Below are positions 54,773-64,000 of a stretch of DNA of 64,000 bases, piece after piece; within the stretch, counting starts at the first letter, position 1, and every line of letters begins with the position of its first letter. The position numbers were made by a program, and so were the translations under genes. The stretch covers positions 53,019-117,018 of the forward strand of contig JAGOQF010000001.1 of assembly GCA_017991615.1 (NCBI GenBank), read 5' to 3'. The stretch is from Candidatus Shapirobacteria bacterium. GTDB taxonomy: Bacteria; Patescibacteriota; Microgenomatia; UBA12405. Below the pieces are notes generated by a model. It did no database searches. It worked only from the letters and a program-made list of their open reading frames with translations, and was not told the origin of the DNA.

Positions 54773-55982
54773 TGGTAATTTTTTGATAAATTTTATTCAA
54801 ACCATTGACGCTGTTTTGGTAAGAATATTTTTGGGCGATTAATTTATTGGCGGCTTTGCCCATAGCTTGACGTTGTTTGTGGTTGGTAAGCAAGTTAATG
54901 GCATTTTTTGGGACATCGTTGTAGTTGCAAACAATAGACTCTTGGAAATTTTTAATTTTGATGCCACCCATACCTTCGGGGGTGGTAACGATTGGAAGTT
55001 GGCAGGCCATAGCCTCCAAAAATTTGTTTCGAGTGCCACCGCCACTGCCCATAGGAGCAAGTAAAATCCAACAATATTGATAGAAGTACATAGGATCTTT
55101 GGGTTGACCGTCAAAATCAGCTTCTTGAACAATGACATCTGATGATCGATAGTGACCATAATAATCAGGAGCGTGTCGGCCGATAATATAAAGTTTGCAA
55201 TCAGGGATAGCTTTTTTAATAGCTGGCCAGGAGTCTTTGATAATCATCTCTACGGATTCGCGATTTTGCATCCATTTCATATTGGAAACGCCAAATAAGA
55301 CTGAAGGAAATTTACTTCTGGGAGTTTTGGGTTTGGACTCGAAAAATTTATTATCAACTCCGTTCTGAAACAATTCAATGTCAGTTCGGCCGGTAATTTT
55401 AGAGATTAATTCACGGTCTTCTTCAGCAAAAGCGACAACGGTATGAGTATTTTTCCAATAATGGGTTTCCCAATATTTGAGTTTGAAGACATCAATCCAA
55501 AGAAGAGGTTTAAGAATTTTTTTCCAACCTGTAAGAGTCTCGACATAATGTTGATAAACGGCGTATTCAACAGTTAGATCAACTAAAACAATCGGAGTTT
55601 TAGTTTTGGGGATATTGGGCATAGGATAGAAGCAATCGCAGTGAATCAGGTCAAATTTGTTATGGTCTAATTCGTGTTTGATGGCTTGGCGAAAGTTTTT
55701 ATTAATATGTTTTACAACTAAAAAAGGGTATTTGCTAAATCCAGTGAGAAGAACTTTTTTGGGATCCCAGGTTTTACCCCGTTTGACAACAATGACTTTG
55801 GAACAATACTTTTTAATATCTTCCAAACCTTCTTCATCGGGACTGAGACAAATAAGAGTAATATTGTTGTCGGGGGATAAATATTTGATAGAGTAAAAAG
55901 AACTGTTTTGACCACCGGATTGGGAAAGTCTGGGAATATAGGGAGTAATCATTAAAATGTTTCGTTTATTTTTTTGAGTCAT
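54756..55982 (-). CDS. GT4-like glycosyltransferase
   Basis: LEAMACQLPIVTTPEGMGGI. Confidence 0.65.
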   Translation of the reverse strand: MTQKNKRNILMITPYIPRLSQSGGQNSSFYSIKYLSPDNNITLICLSPDEEGLEDIKKYCSKVIVVKRGKTWDPKKVLLTGFSKYPFLVVKHINKNFRQAIKHELDHNKFDLIHCDCFYPMPNIPKTKTPIVLVDLTVEYAVYQHYVETLTGWKKILKPLLWIDVFKLKYWETHYWKNTHTVVAFAEEDRELISKITGRTDIELFQNGVDNKFFESKPKTPRSKFPSVLFGVSNMKWMQNRESVEMIIKDSWPAIKKAIPDCKLYIIGRHAPDYYGHYRSSDVIVQEADFDGQPKDPMYFYQYCWILLAPMGSGGGTRNKFLEAMACQLPIVTTPEGMGGIKIKNFQESIVCNYNDVPKNAINLLTNHKQRQAMGKAANKLIAQKYSYQNSVNGLNKIYQKITNAKKN

Positions 55983-57465
55983 TTTTGTGTTTAATGTTTA
56001 AAGATTGATGGTAACAGCCTAACATGATCCAAAAGAGATAAGCGGTCTTTGAGGCTTCAAAAACATCGATAAAAATGGCATTTGCCAGAGTTGTAATCAA
56101 GCCACCAAGGCAGATTAAAGAAATCATATCATAGTTGGTTTTTGATTTTTTGAAAACGATAGGGACAGTTTTGACAATAAAGTAGAGCATGATGGCAGAA
56201 AAGGTGATGAGACCCAGTAAACCGCTTTCACCCAGACAACGGAGATAATCGTTGTCGGTAGCTAAGGTAATAGAACCTAATCCGCTACCAACAAGAAGAT
56301 TGCGATGCCAAGCGGTGATGGCTCGTGGCCATTCAGCATTGAAACGGATTTCACCGGATCGGGCGACACCGACATCGGCATCGACTGGTGGGTAGGTTTC
56401 AAGTTGGTGTCGAATGACGGTAGGAGTGGGTTTAATAACTTGCTTGGGAGTGGGAGTTAGTTTGGAGATGAGAGTGGGGGTAGGAATAATGGTGGGTTTA
56501 GGGGTTTCGATGGTTTGACCGGTTTGATTGAATTGGTTTTTGAGAGCCGGAATGGTAGCAATCAGGCGTTGATTGAGATCGTTGGAGTTGAAAATACTAA
56601 AGACAACCAGACTAGTGATGGGGATAATCCAGAAATATTTTTTAATAAATATAAGAGTGAGACAAACTCCGCCTAAAAAGGCAAAAATAGAAATTCGGGA
56701 AGCAGTCAGAGTCAAAATATGATACGAAGGCAGCCAAACTAAAAGACTGATAATTTTGGTAAACCGATTTTTAGTTAATAGAAAAACTGTGAAAATAATA
56801 ATAAGAGCGACACTAAGAAAAGCGGCTAAGTCGTAGTGGCCAGCAAAGGTGGAGCTGATACGAGTCCAAATGTTCATTTGTAATAGTTGACCTTTGGAAA
56901 ATTCGGAATTCATAGTGGAAATGACGGGAAAGTGAAGATATTTTTGACCATAGCCGTAAAAAGAAATCAAACTGGTGGCGACTAGAAAAAAATAATAAAT
57001 GAATTTAAAATCGGTAAACGATTTAACAGCATCAAGGGTAATAAAAAATAAAGACATATATTCAAAACGTCGGAAAAGATGGAGAAGTAGAATGTTGACG
57101 GGTTCGGTTTGGTAGATAAGGTAAGCGTGAATAAAACTGACAAAAATGGCTAAAAAATAAAGGAAAAACAGTTTAGTTATTTTTTGTTTTAAAAAGGGAA
57201 AACCAAGACTGATTTGATAGATAAACCAAATCGAAACTGCCAGAGCGACGACAATATCGTCTAAACGAATAGCCACATAGGTATTGGGGACATTAAATAG
57301 AGGAAACTTGGGATAAAGAGGAATAAAAACTAGTAAAATAGCGATAATGGATTTGATAAGGTTTATATTTTTGAACATGCCTGAAGATAGACGGGTGAAA
57401 AATGAATAATTGAGCGGATGAGAGCATTGATTTTGAGCAAAACTTTGACGAGAGGATATTGCCAT
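55966..57465 (-). CDS. Wzy/O-antigen polymerase-ligase family membrane protein with a Pro/Thr-rich linker
   Basis: ~11 TM helices. TPKPTIIPTPTLISKLTPTPKQVIKPTPT low-complexity segment. Confidence 0.6.
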   Translation of the reverse strand: MAISSRQSFAQNQCSHPLNYSFFTRLSSGMFKNINLIKSIIAILLVFIPLYPKFPLFNVPNTYVAIRLDDIVVALAVSIWFIYQISLGFPFLKQKITKLFFLYFLAIFVSFIHAYLIYQTEPVNILLLHLFRRFEYMSLFFITLDAVKSFTDFKFIYYFFLVATSLISFYGYGQKYLHFPVISTMNSEFSKGQLLQMNIWTRISSTFAGHYDLAAFLSVALIIIFTVFLLTKNRFTKIISLLVWLPSYHILTLTASRISIFAFLGGVCLTLIFIKKYFWIIPITSLVVFSIFNSNDLNQRLIATIPALKNQFNQTGQTIETPKPTIIPTPTLISKLTPTPKQVIKPTPTVIRHQLETYPPVDADVGVARSGEIRFNAEWPRAITAWHRNLLVGSGLGSITLATDNDYLRCLGESGLLGLITFSAIMLYFIVKTVPIVFKKSKTNYDMISLICLGGLITTLANAIFIDVFEASKTAYLFWIMLGCYHQSLNIKHKNDSKK

Positions 57466-58295
57466 TTGGGTTTGTGTTTTTTGAAAAATGAAAGGAAGCC
57501 TTTATATTCATTGAGAATCGGGTCAAGTTTTTTGACGGCTGAAGCCCGACCAAAATGAATTATTTGCGGACCGATAAGGTACCAAACTTGGTTGTTGGGA
57601 GTGATTTGATGAATTCGATAAGCCAGTTCCAATTCTTCGCCATACATAAAATAATTTTCATCGAAACCGTTGACTTTGTCCAACAGTGGTTTGCGAGTGA
57701 GAAAAAAAGCGCCGGTAACCCAATCTTGGCGGTGATCTGAGAGATAAAATTTGTCTTTGGTATAAAACTGGGGAGTGTGGGGATGAATTGGTTTAATGAT
57801 TTTATTGACCAAAGGAAGGTCGTCAAGGCTGAGACACCAAGTGAAAATATTGGCAAGATTGGGAAAAAATCCACCTGATGCTTGGATGGTTTTGTCGTGA
57901 TTTAAAAGTTGGGCGGTGCAAATGGAACTTTCGGGATGAGAACAAAGCCAATCAAGTGATTGGCTGATGGCGGAGTGAAGAATGAGAGTATCGGAGTTGA
58001 GAAATAAAATGTAATTGCCGGAAGCGATTTTTAAGCCTTGATTGTTGGCTTTACCAAAGCCATGATTGGTCTTGTTGATAATGAGTTTTAGGGAGATGTT
58101 TTTTTTGGATTTGATATCAGTTTTGAATTGATTGATTTTGGTTAGACTGTCGTCGGAGGAGTTGTTGTCAACAACAATAATTTCATAGTCAATTTGAGCT
58201 AAACCCTTATCTTGGATAATCGATTTGAGACAATTTAAGGTCAGATCGGCGGTATTGTAGGAGACGATGATAATGGATAGGATAGGATTGGTCAT
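57363..58295 (-). CDS. GT2 family glycosyltransferase
   Basis: LSIIIVSYNTADLTLNCL...VVDNNSSDDS. Confidence 0.8.
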   Translation of the reverse strand: MTNPILSIIIVSYNTADLTLNCLKSIIQDKGLAQIDYEIIVVDNNSSDDSLTKINQFKTDIKSKKNISLKLIINKTNHGFGKANNQGLKIASGNYILFLNSDTLILHSAISQSLDWLCSHPESSICTAQLLNHDKTIQASGGFFPNLANIFTWCLSLDDLPLVNKIIKPIHPHTPQFYTKDKFYLSDHRQDWVTGAFFLTRKPLLDKVNGFDENYFMYGEELELAYRIHQITPNNQVWYLIGPQIIHFGRASAVKKLDPILNEYKGFLSFFKKHKPKWQYPLVKVLLKINALIRSIIHFSPVYLQACSKI

Positions 58296-58840
58296 TTTTT
58301 AACAAAGGATTTGAGGACTAATATAATGGTGATTAAGGAGATTTCGGTAGCAAAAAAAGTGATGAGGCGGTTGGGAACACTGACAGGAAAACGACGGAGA
58401 GTGATTTTGGCGTGATATTCTTTATCTTCGTAGATAAGTTTATTTTTGATGCGGTTTTCGGGTTTAGTGAAAACATCTTGTTCCCATTCAAAACCGTTGA
58501 TATAAAGAGATTCTTTGAAAGGAAGGACAATCTCTTCAAGATAATAACTGGGGATGGTATTGACAATAATTTCTTTGGCCTTTTCGGGAGGGTGATTTAA
58601 ATTAATTCGGAAAAGTCCGGTATAGTAGGCTTTGTAAAAATTCATAACTTCGGTTCGGCTCATATTGGTGTAATAGGCGGTGACATGGCTGATTTGGGTG
58701 GTGTCGCCGGGAAGATTTGATTTGACACTATTTGGGAGATCAGGGAGGGTGGGGGTAGGAGAAATTAGATAGATGATGGCAAGGAGATTGAAAATTATAA
58801 GGAGGAATGGATAAATTTTTCGGGTCATTATTGAAACCAC
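58292..58840 (-). CDS. Hypothetical membrane-anchored protein
   Basis: N-terminal TM helix; within the polysaccharide locus. Confidence 0.4.
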   Translation of the reverse strand: MVSIMTRKIYPFLLIIFNLLAIIYLISPTPTLPDLPNSVKSNLPGDTTQISHVTAYYTNMSRTEVMNFYKAYYTGLFRINLNHPPEKAKEIIVNTIPSYYLEEIVLPFKESLYINGFEWEQDVFTKPENRIKNKLIYEDKEYHAKITLRRFPVSVPNRLITFFATEISLITIILVLKSFVKK

Positions 58841-59421
58841 ATGGCTCTTCCAAGCTGATAATTTGGTTTAGTTATCTTTCGGTCAGAAATTTTTTTGGCC
58901 GGAACTCCACCCCAAATTTCGAATTCAGGAACATTTTTGGTGACGACGGCGCCAGCAGCGATAACGGCGCCGTTGCCAATGGTGATATTGGGTAAAATTA
59001 TGGCTCGGGGACCGATAAAAACATAATCACCGATAGTGACTGGTCCAAATGAGTTACTATATTCGGGAGAATTGATGTCATGTTCGTCGTTGTAAATTAG
59101 TACTTGACTAGCAATACCGACGTGGTTGCCAATTTTAAGAGGTGCTCGACCGTCCAAAAAACAATGATCACCGATAATGGTGTCTTGACCAATGGTAATG
59201 TTGGTAGGTTTAAAAAAATTAGCGCCAATATGAATAGTTGAATTCCAAGGCATATTGATACCGGAGAGGATATAAAAAATTTTACGGACAGTATGGATGG
59301 GGATGTAACCGACAAATCGGAGAATCATTAGCCAGAACTCTAAAAAAGTAGTGGAAATTCTAGTGATTGTTTTTTGGATGATTTGATTGGGAGAAAGTTT
59401 CTTACCGGTACGGTCTTTCAT
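58828..59421 (-). CDS. Hexapeptide-repeat (LbH) sugar O-acetyltransferase
   Basis: Repeated [LIV]G..[LIV] hexapeptides: IGDHCFL...IGNHVGI...IGDYVFIGP...IGNGAVIAAGAVV. Confidence 0.8.
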   Translation of the reverse strand: MKDRTGKKLSPNQIIQKTITRISTTFLEFWLMILRFVGYIPIHTVRKIFYILSGINMPWNSTIHIGANFFKPTNITIGQDTIIGDHCFLDGRAPLKIGNHVGIASQVLIYNDEHDINSPEYSNSFGPVTIGDYVFIGPRAIILPNITIGNGAVIAAGAVVTKNVPEFEIWGGVPAKKISDRKITKPNYQLGRAMWFQ

Positions 59422-59465
59422 AGACAGATTATAGTTAAATTGTTGGCTTTATGCCAGTAGCGGGA

Positions 59466-60620
59466 TTAGAGGTTTTCAAAAACTTTGATAACTGAGGTGG
59501 CGGTGTTATGCCAACTGAATTTATCGGCTTGGGTTTTGCCAAGTTTTGAATAACGCTGATGAGTTTTTTTGTCGGTAATTTTTATCATTTTTTGACAGAG
59601 GTCGGATTCGTTGGTGGGATTTACAAATAAACCGTTGGTTTGGACGACTTCTTTGAAAGGAGGAATGTTGGAGACGATAACCGGAGTGCCAACTTTCATA
59701 GACTCGATGGCGGGAATACCAAAGCCTTCGTAGGTGCTAGGTAAAATTGAGGCAGTGGCGTGTCGGTAGAGAGTCCATTTTTGATCTTCGGTGACAAAAT
59801 CGGTAAAAATAACTCGGTCTGTAATTCCCTGCTGTTTGACGGTGGCAAAAATTTCATCAAAAAGCCAGCCTTTTTTACCGGCAATGACTAGTTTGGGAGT
59901 TGAACGGTAGTTGGTAGATTTTAGGAATAAAGCAAAGGATTTGACCAGGAAAGGAATATTTTTGTTGGGTTTGAGAGTTCCTAAATAAAGGAAATAGTTG
60001 CCAGGTTGGAGTTGATAGGTTTTTAGGATTTTTTGTTGAGCCAAACGATTTATTTTTGGCGGCGAATTGACTCCATTGTAAGCAATGGTGATTTTGTCGG
60101 GGTTGAGATGATAGGTTTTAATGATTTCGTCTTTGGAAAATTGAGAAACAGTGATGATGTGTTTGGCGTGTCGAAGAGACTGTTTGGTCCAATGAATTAG
60201 TTGGTGCAAATCTTTTCGATTGAATTGGTCTTGAAATTGAAGGTAGCCGATATCGTGAATGGTAGGAATGGTGGGAAATTTGGAAAAAATTGGTGAATAA
60301 TGACTGGGGGAGAAAAACAAGTCCAAAGGAATTTTATCGATAAAAAGATGTAAAGGCAGAGCAAATCGAGTCCAGAGTTTGGCAGGACCGAAAACACGAT
60401 ATTGCCAATTTGATCGGGTCGGTGGCAGATCGGTGGCGGGTTGATCTTTGAGGTAGATAAGATAATTATTTTTTTTATCTAATTGGTAAAGATGCCAGAG
60501 AAGTTGAAAAGCATATTGACCGACACCGACTTTGTTGGCAATATTGGCTTCGTTGCCGTCGATTCCAATTAACATAGAGAAGTGTAAACCATTAAAGTTT
60601 GTTTGGCGGCGGTTTGCCAA
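59466..60620 (-). CDS. GT4 family glycosyltransferase
   Basis: EGFGIPAIESMKVGTPVIVSN. Confidence 0.8.
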   Translation of the reverse strand: MANRRQTNFNGLHFSMLIGIDGNEANIANKVGVGQYAFQLLWHLYQLDKKNNYLIYLKDQPATDLPPTRSNWQYRVFGPAKLWTRFALPLHLFIDKIPLDLFFSPSHYSPIFSKFPTIPTIHDIGYLQFQDQFNRKDLHQLIHWTKQSLRHAKHIITVSQFSKDEIIKTYHLNPDKITIAYNGVNSPPKINRLAQQKILKTYQLQPGNYFLYLGTLKPNKNIPFLVKSFALFLKSTNYRSTPKLVIAGKKGWLFDEIFATVKQQGITDRVIFTDFVTEDQKWTLYRHATASILPSTYEGFGIPAIESMKVGTPVIVSNIPPFKEVVQTNGLFVNPTNESDLCQKMIKITDKKTHQRYSKLGKTQADKFSWHNTATSVIKVFENL

Positions 60621-61702
60621 CTGAACTTTTTGGCAATTTCGATGCCTCGGCGACTAAGTTGCTGGCGAAGTTTTTTGGAGTGGACAATTTTTTCGATAGC
60701 CTTGGCAATACTTTCAGTAGAATTAGGATCAACTAGAATAGCGGCTCCTTGGGAAATTTCTATAAGCGAGGAATTGTGGCTGGTGATGACAGGAACGCCG
60801 ACTTTGAGTGATTTGACTACCGGTAGGCCAAAGCCTTCATAAAGTGAGGGATAAGCTAGACAGATAGCACTGGCGTGGAGGCCAACCATATCTTTTTCTG
60901 GAATAAATCCAAGTATTTTTATACTTGGGTCTTTGGTGGTGACATCTTGACCCCAACCATATTTACCAGTAATTGCCAATTGAACTCTAGTTTTGGGATA
61001 TTTTTGCTTAAACTTAAGAAAGGCATCAATAAGTCGGTTGAGGTTTTTGCGGGGTTCTCTGGTTCCTTGGGCTAAAATAAAATTATTTAAACCGTATTGT
61101 TTTTTGATGACAGATTTTTTCTTGGCTTGAGCGGCGGCGGGTAGTTTTAGAAATTGGCTGTATTTGGTTTCGGCAGATTCGTAGATAACACTGGTTTTGG
61201 CTGGGTCGACTTGAGGAAAAAGTTTAAACAAATCGGATTGAGTGTTTTGGGAAACACAAATCAAGTGGCAACATTTTTTGACGGCATGGCGCATTTTATT
61301 TTGATGAGCTTTGATGACCTTAGGGTGATGCCATTGAGGATACAAAAATGGGGTAAGATCGTGGATGGTGGCGATGGTTTTGGCAGAAATGGTTGGTGGT
61401 TGAGTCCAGTCGGAAGTGTGAAAAATGTCGCATTTGCCAATAAAAAGTTCGATGGGTAAAATTCGAAGACGGTTCCAGAGAATTTCAAGCAAGGTTGGCG
61501 GTAGACGGTGGTGATAGATAGTGACGTGGGGTTTTTTGCCAAGAACTTTGATGGATTCGGGTAGAGGCATTCGGAGGGAGGAATAAAAGAGTTTGTAGTG
61601 ATTGGTTTTGTCGAGATTGATGAGATTTTTGACAATATTGAGAGTATAGTTGCTGACGCCGGTTTGGTAGCAAACAGAGGAAACATCGATGCCAATAATC
61701 AT
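60569..61702 (-). CDS. GT4 family glycosyltransferase
   Basis: EGFGLPVVKSLKVGVPVITSH. Confidence 0.8.
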   Translation of the reverse strand: MIIGIDVSSVCYQTGVSNYTLNIVKNLINLDKTNHYKLFYSSLRMPLPESIKVLGKKPHVTIYHHRLPPTLLEILWNRLRILPIELFIGKCDIFHTSDWTQPPTISAKTIATIHDLTPFLYPQWHHPKVIKAHQNKMRHAVKKCCHLICVSQNTQSDLFKLFPQVDPAKTSVIYESAETKYSQFLKLPAAAQAKKKSVIKKQYGLNNFILAQGTREPRKNLNRLIDAFLKFKQKYPKTRVQLAITGKYGWGQDVTTKDPSIKILGFIPEKDMVGLHASAICLAYPSLYEGFGLPVVKSLKVGVPVITSHNSSLIEISQGAAILVDPNSTESIAKAIEKIVHSKKLRQQLSRRGIEIAKKFSWQTAAKQTLMVYTSLC

Positions 61703-61714
61703 AAGTGTGTAGAT

Positions 61715-62710
61715 TTAATGACTATATTTTATCATTTTTTGGATGTGACGGCGTTTTTGGATCATGGTTGGAAAATTGATGATAACTTCGCCGTAGGTGC
61801 GGATAATATCAAAAGGAAGGTAAAAAATTGATTTTAAACGGTAAATTTTTAGAGTTTGTTTAATAAGGTACGATAAGTTTCTTAATCTTTCAACGAAAAT
61901 TGACCAAAAATTTTTTTGGATTTCTTTTGAGGAGTAATTTTTGATGATGATGTAAATCCAGTTTTTGGCGTCCATGCGATGACGGAAGTTTCCCATTGAT
62001 TTGCTGGTAGCGCCACCCCAATGATAAGAAATGGCTTGAGGAACATAAATTGTTTGATAACCGAGTTTGTGAAAACGGAGAGCCATGTCAACATCTTCTT
62101 CATAAGCAAAGAAATCAGAATCGAAAAGACCAACAGATTGGATAATTTTTTTGGGGTAAACTGCTAAGGCGGCGGAAGCACCCCAGACAACTTGAGGGTT
62201 TTGAGGAAGTTTTGAAGTCAGATATTTTTGGCCGTTGGCAAGATTGTGACACCGTCCGTTTGGATAAAATTTCAGGCCTTGAGATTCAAATCGAGTACCG
62301 TCACGAGTGAGGATGGTACCAAAAAAGGTGGAAACTTTTGGGGTTTTGTTTTTGACAATAACTTTGGAAACAATTTGAAACCAATCGGGTTTGATGACAA
62401 TATCGTTGTTGGTGACAACCACATAAGGGCAAGCAGCGTGATTGATACCATAGTTAATAGCAGCGGCAAAACCGGTGTTTGATTGTTGATAGTAAACAGC
62501 GGATTGAAGATGGGAGAGTTTGTTTTGAGAAAAGAAATCTTTAAAAATGGACGGACTATGGTCATGAGAGTTGTTGTCGACCAAGATGATTTCAAATTGG
62601 TTTTGGGGACAGTTTTTGACGGCAGCAAAAATAGATTTAAGACAATCTGGAATAAAAGCGGAACCGTTGTAGTTGGGAATGATGATGGAATAGTTTGGAG
62701 TCGGTGTCAT
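61715..62710 (-). CDS. GT2 family glycosyltransferase
   Basis: SIIIPNYNGSAFIPDCL...ILVDNNSHDHS. Confidence 0.8.
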   Translation of the reverse strand: MTPTPNYSIIIPNYNGSAFIPDCLKSIFAAVKNCPQNQFEIILVDNNSHDHSPSIFKDFFSQNKLSHLQSAVYYQQSNTGFAAAINYGINHAACPYVVVTNNDIVIKPDWFQIVSKVIVKNKTPKVSTFFGTILTRDGTRFESQGLKFYPNGRCHNLANGQKYLTSKLPQNPQVVWGASAALAVYPKKIIQSVGLFDSDFFAYEEDVDMALRFHKLGYQTIYVPQAISYHWGGATSKSMGNFRHRMDAKNWIYIIIKNYSSKEIQKNFWSIFVERLRNLSYLIKQTLKIYRLKSIFYLPFDIIRTYGEVIINFPTMIQKRRHIQKMIKYSH

Positions 62711-62715
62711 TTTAT

Positions 62716-63204
62716 TTATGATTCACCGGTGATATTTGACAGTTGGATGGTATCGCCTTTTTTTAGATTAAGTTTAAAAACTTCGTTGGCATTGAGTTCG
62801 ATGACATACATAGCCGGTTGGCTGTTGGCAAAGCTTTTGATGGAATCGGTTTCGGTGGCAGTGACAAAATCGACAACTTCAAATTTGGAATTGAGCCAGA
62901 TAATATCAAGAGGAATTTTAGTGTCTTTCATCCAAAAGGGATGTTTACCTTCCCGATCAAAAACAAAAAGCATGCCACAATTGGAACAAAGCTGGGTGCG
63001 ATGAGAAAGTCCGGTTTGTCGGGTAGAGTAAGTTTTGGCAACTTCCAAATAATAAGGAGTGTCTTTGATAACAGCGCTGACATTATCACCAAAATTTTCG
63101 GGTTTAGGGTGAGGGTGGGAAACAAAATAAAATATAGCGACGGCAATAAGAATGAGGATTAGGAGAGTGATTTTGGGCATATTTTTTGTCAGATCTTGGT
63201 CCAT
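62716..63204 (-). CDS. DUF192 domain protein
   Basis: Signal/TM plus the conserved DUF192 pattern GL......C..CGMLFVF...PFWMKDT.IPLDIIWL. Confidence 0.6.
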   Translation of the reverse strand: MDQDLTKNMPKITLLILILIAVAIFYFVSHPHPKPENFGDNVSAVIKDTPYYLEVAKTYSTRQTGLSHRTQLCSNCGMLFVFDREGKHPFWMKDTKIPLDIIWLNSKFEVVDFVTATETDSIKSFANSQPAMYVIELNANEVFKLNLKKGDTIQLSNITGES

Positions 63205-63391
63205 AGATAATTATTTTTAACATATTTTTTGCCGTTTTGCCCGAGTTTAAAAGTGGTGGTTTGAGGGAATTAAAGATAAATTTTAAGGTCGATGAAAGCG
63301 GTGATAAATAGGAAGGTGAAAAAATATGGCTGATGGGCAAATTGATCATGTTTATTTGAATTTATTATACGTGCTATCCTAATGAATAATC

Positions 63392-64000
63392 ATGTTTAAG
63401 AAAATAATAAATTCAAAATTGGTTAAGTTGTCGGTTTCATTAGTGTTGATTTATTTTGCTTTTAAAAAGGTGGATGTGGCAGTGTTGGCAAGAGATTTGT
63501 CTAAGATAGAGTGGTGGTTTTTGGTAGCGAATATCGTAATAAGTTTGATATTATCGTGTTTGGTTTCTTGGCGGTGGAGTTTGCTGTTGATCAAAAAACC
63601 GAGGTTTAAAGAAGTGTTATTGTTTTTTAAATCCAGCTTATCAGCCTCTTTTTACGGTTTGTTTTTACCGTCGTCGGCGGTAGCCGGGGATGCGTTGAAA
63701 TGGATTATTATTGATGAGAAATATCCAGAAATTCCAAAATCAAAATTGTTAGGATCGATATTATTGGACAGATTTGTAGGTTTGACGGTATTTGTGGTTT
63801 TAGGGTCAGTAATGATTTTTTTGGCAGGAACCAGAGGGATAGAAATACCTTTGATTTTGCAAATAGTTTTTGTGGGATTATTGGTAGGGTGCGTAGTATT
63901 TTATGTGATAGTTATTTTTTTTGATATTAAAAAAATTTTAAAGTTTAAGTGGTTGAACAAATTTAGCGGAGTTTTAGATTTGGTGGATCGGGGAAATTTG
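63392..64000 (+). CDS. Lysylphosphatidylglycerol-synthase-TM-like / flippase-like membrane protein (UPF0104); 3' end truncated by the window
   Basis: Multiple TM helices with LPG_synthase_TM-like spacing. ORF runs off the window. Confidence 0.45.
   Translation, partial: MFKKIINSKLVKLSVSLVLIYFAFKKVDVAVLARDLSKIEWWFLVANIVISLILSCLVSWRWSLLLIKKPRFKEVLLFFKSSLSASFYGLFLPSSAVAGDALKWIIIDEKYPEIPKSKLLGSILLDRFVGLTVFVVLGSVMIFLAGTRGIEIPLILQIVFVGLLVGCVVFYVIVIFFDIKKILKFKWLNKFSGVLDLVDRGNL

Overview
The window is AT-rich (roughly one-third GC) and densely packed with mostly minus-strand genes. The gene content and style resemble a reduced-genome bacterium of the Candidate Phyla Radiation / Patescibacteria type; that assignment is inference. 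Housekeeping genes recognised from sequence: ung, butyrate/acetate-kinase family, lgt, rplS, dnaE, htpX, lemA, a PolX polymerase, ndk, arsR-family regulator, LysM protein, lepB, parB, rpmA, rplU, a SEDS protein, ileS, glyQS and a recO-like gene. There is a division/cell-wall (dcw) cluster: rsmH, ftsL-like, ftsI, murE, murC, murA, mraY, ftsW, murG, ftsQ-like, ftsA, ftsZ. A ~15 kb polysaccharide locus spans 47979-62710: DUF4012 protein, PglC-like initiating sugar transferase, NDP-sugar pyrophosphorylase, eleven GT2/GT4 glycosyltransferases, a Wzy-like polymerase and an acetyltransferase. Six tRNAs are present: Glu, Lys, Asp, Gly, Thr, Val. Four things stand out. (1) At two independent loci (tRNA-Glu, 1-600; tRNA-Lys, 4086-4745) the same architecture recurs. 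Tandem degenerate tRNA-like copies, whose anticodon arm is replaced by a tight hairpin, sit upstream of an authentic tRNA. A small GIY-YIG nuclease ORF follows the tRNA directly. A further tRNA 3' fragment carrying the same variant hairpin follows the ORF. (2) A ~4.95 kb integrated element lies at the 3' end of tRNA-Asp (11259-16213), bounded by perfect 333-bp direct repeats. It encodes a large serine recombinase, a rolling-circle HUH Rep (pC194-like motifs) with a translationally coupled 52-aa ORF, an XRE regulator, a SAM methyltransferase and a GC-rich 79-nt palindrome. (3) Inside the dcw cluster, where murD/murF/ddl would be expected, there is a four-gene cassette: an ATP-grasp ligase, a fold-type-II PLP enzyme, a LysW-like zinc-ribbon (amino-group carrier-like) protein and an NlpC/P60 peptidase. 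(4) Also inside the dcw cluster, an ATE/Bpt-like aminoacyl-tRNA-protein transferase homolog sits between murE and murC.
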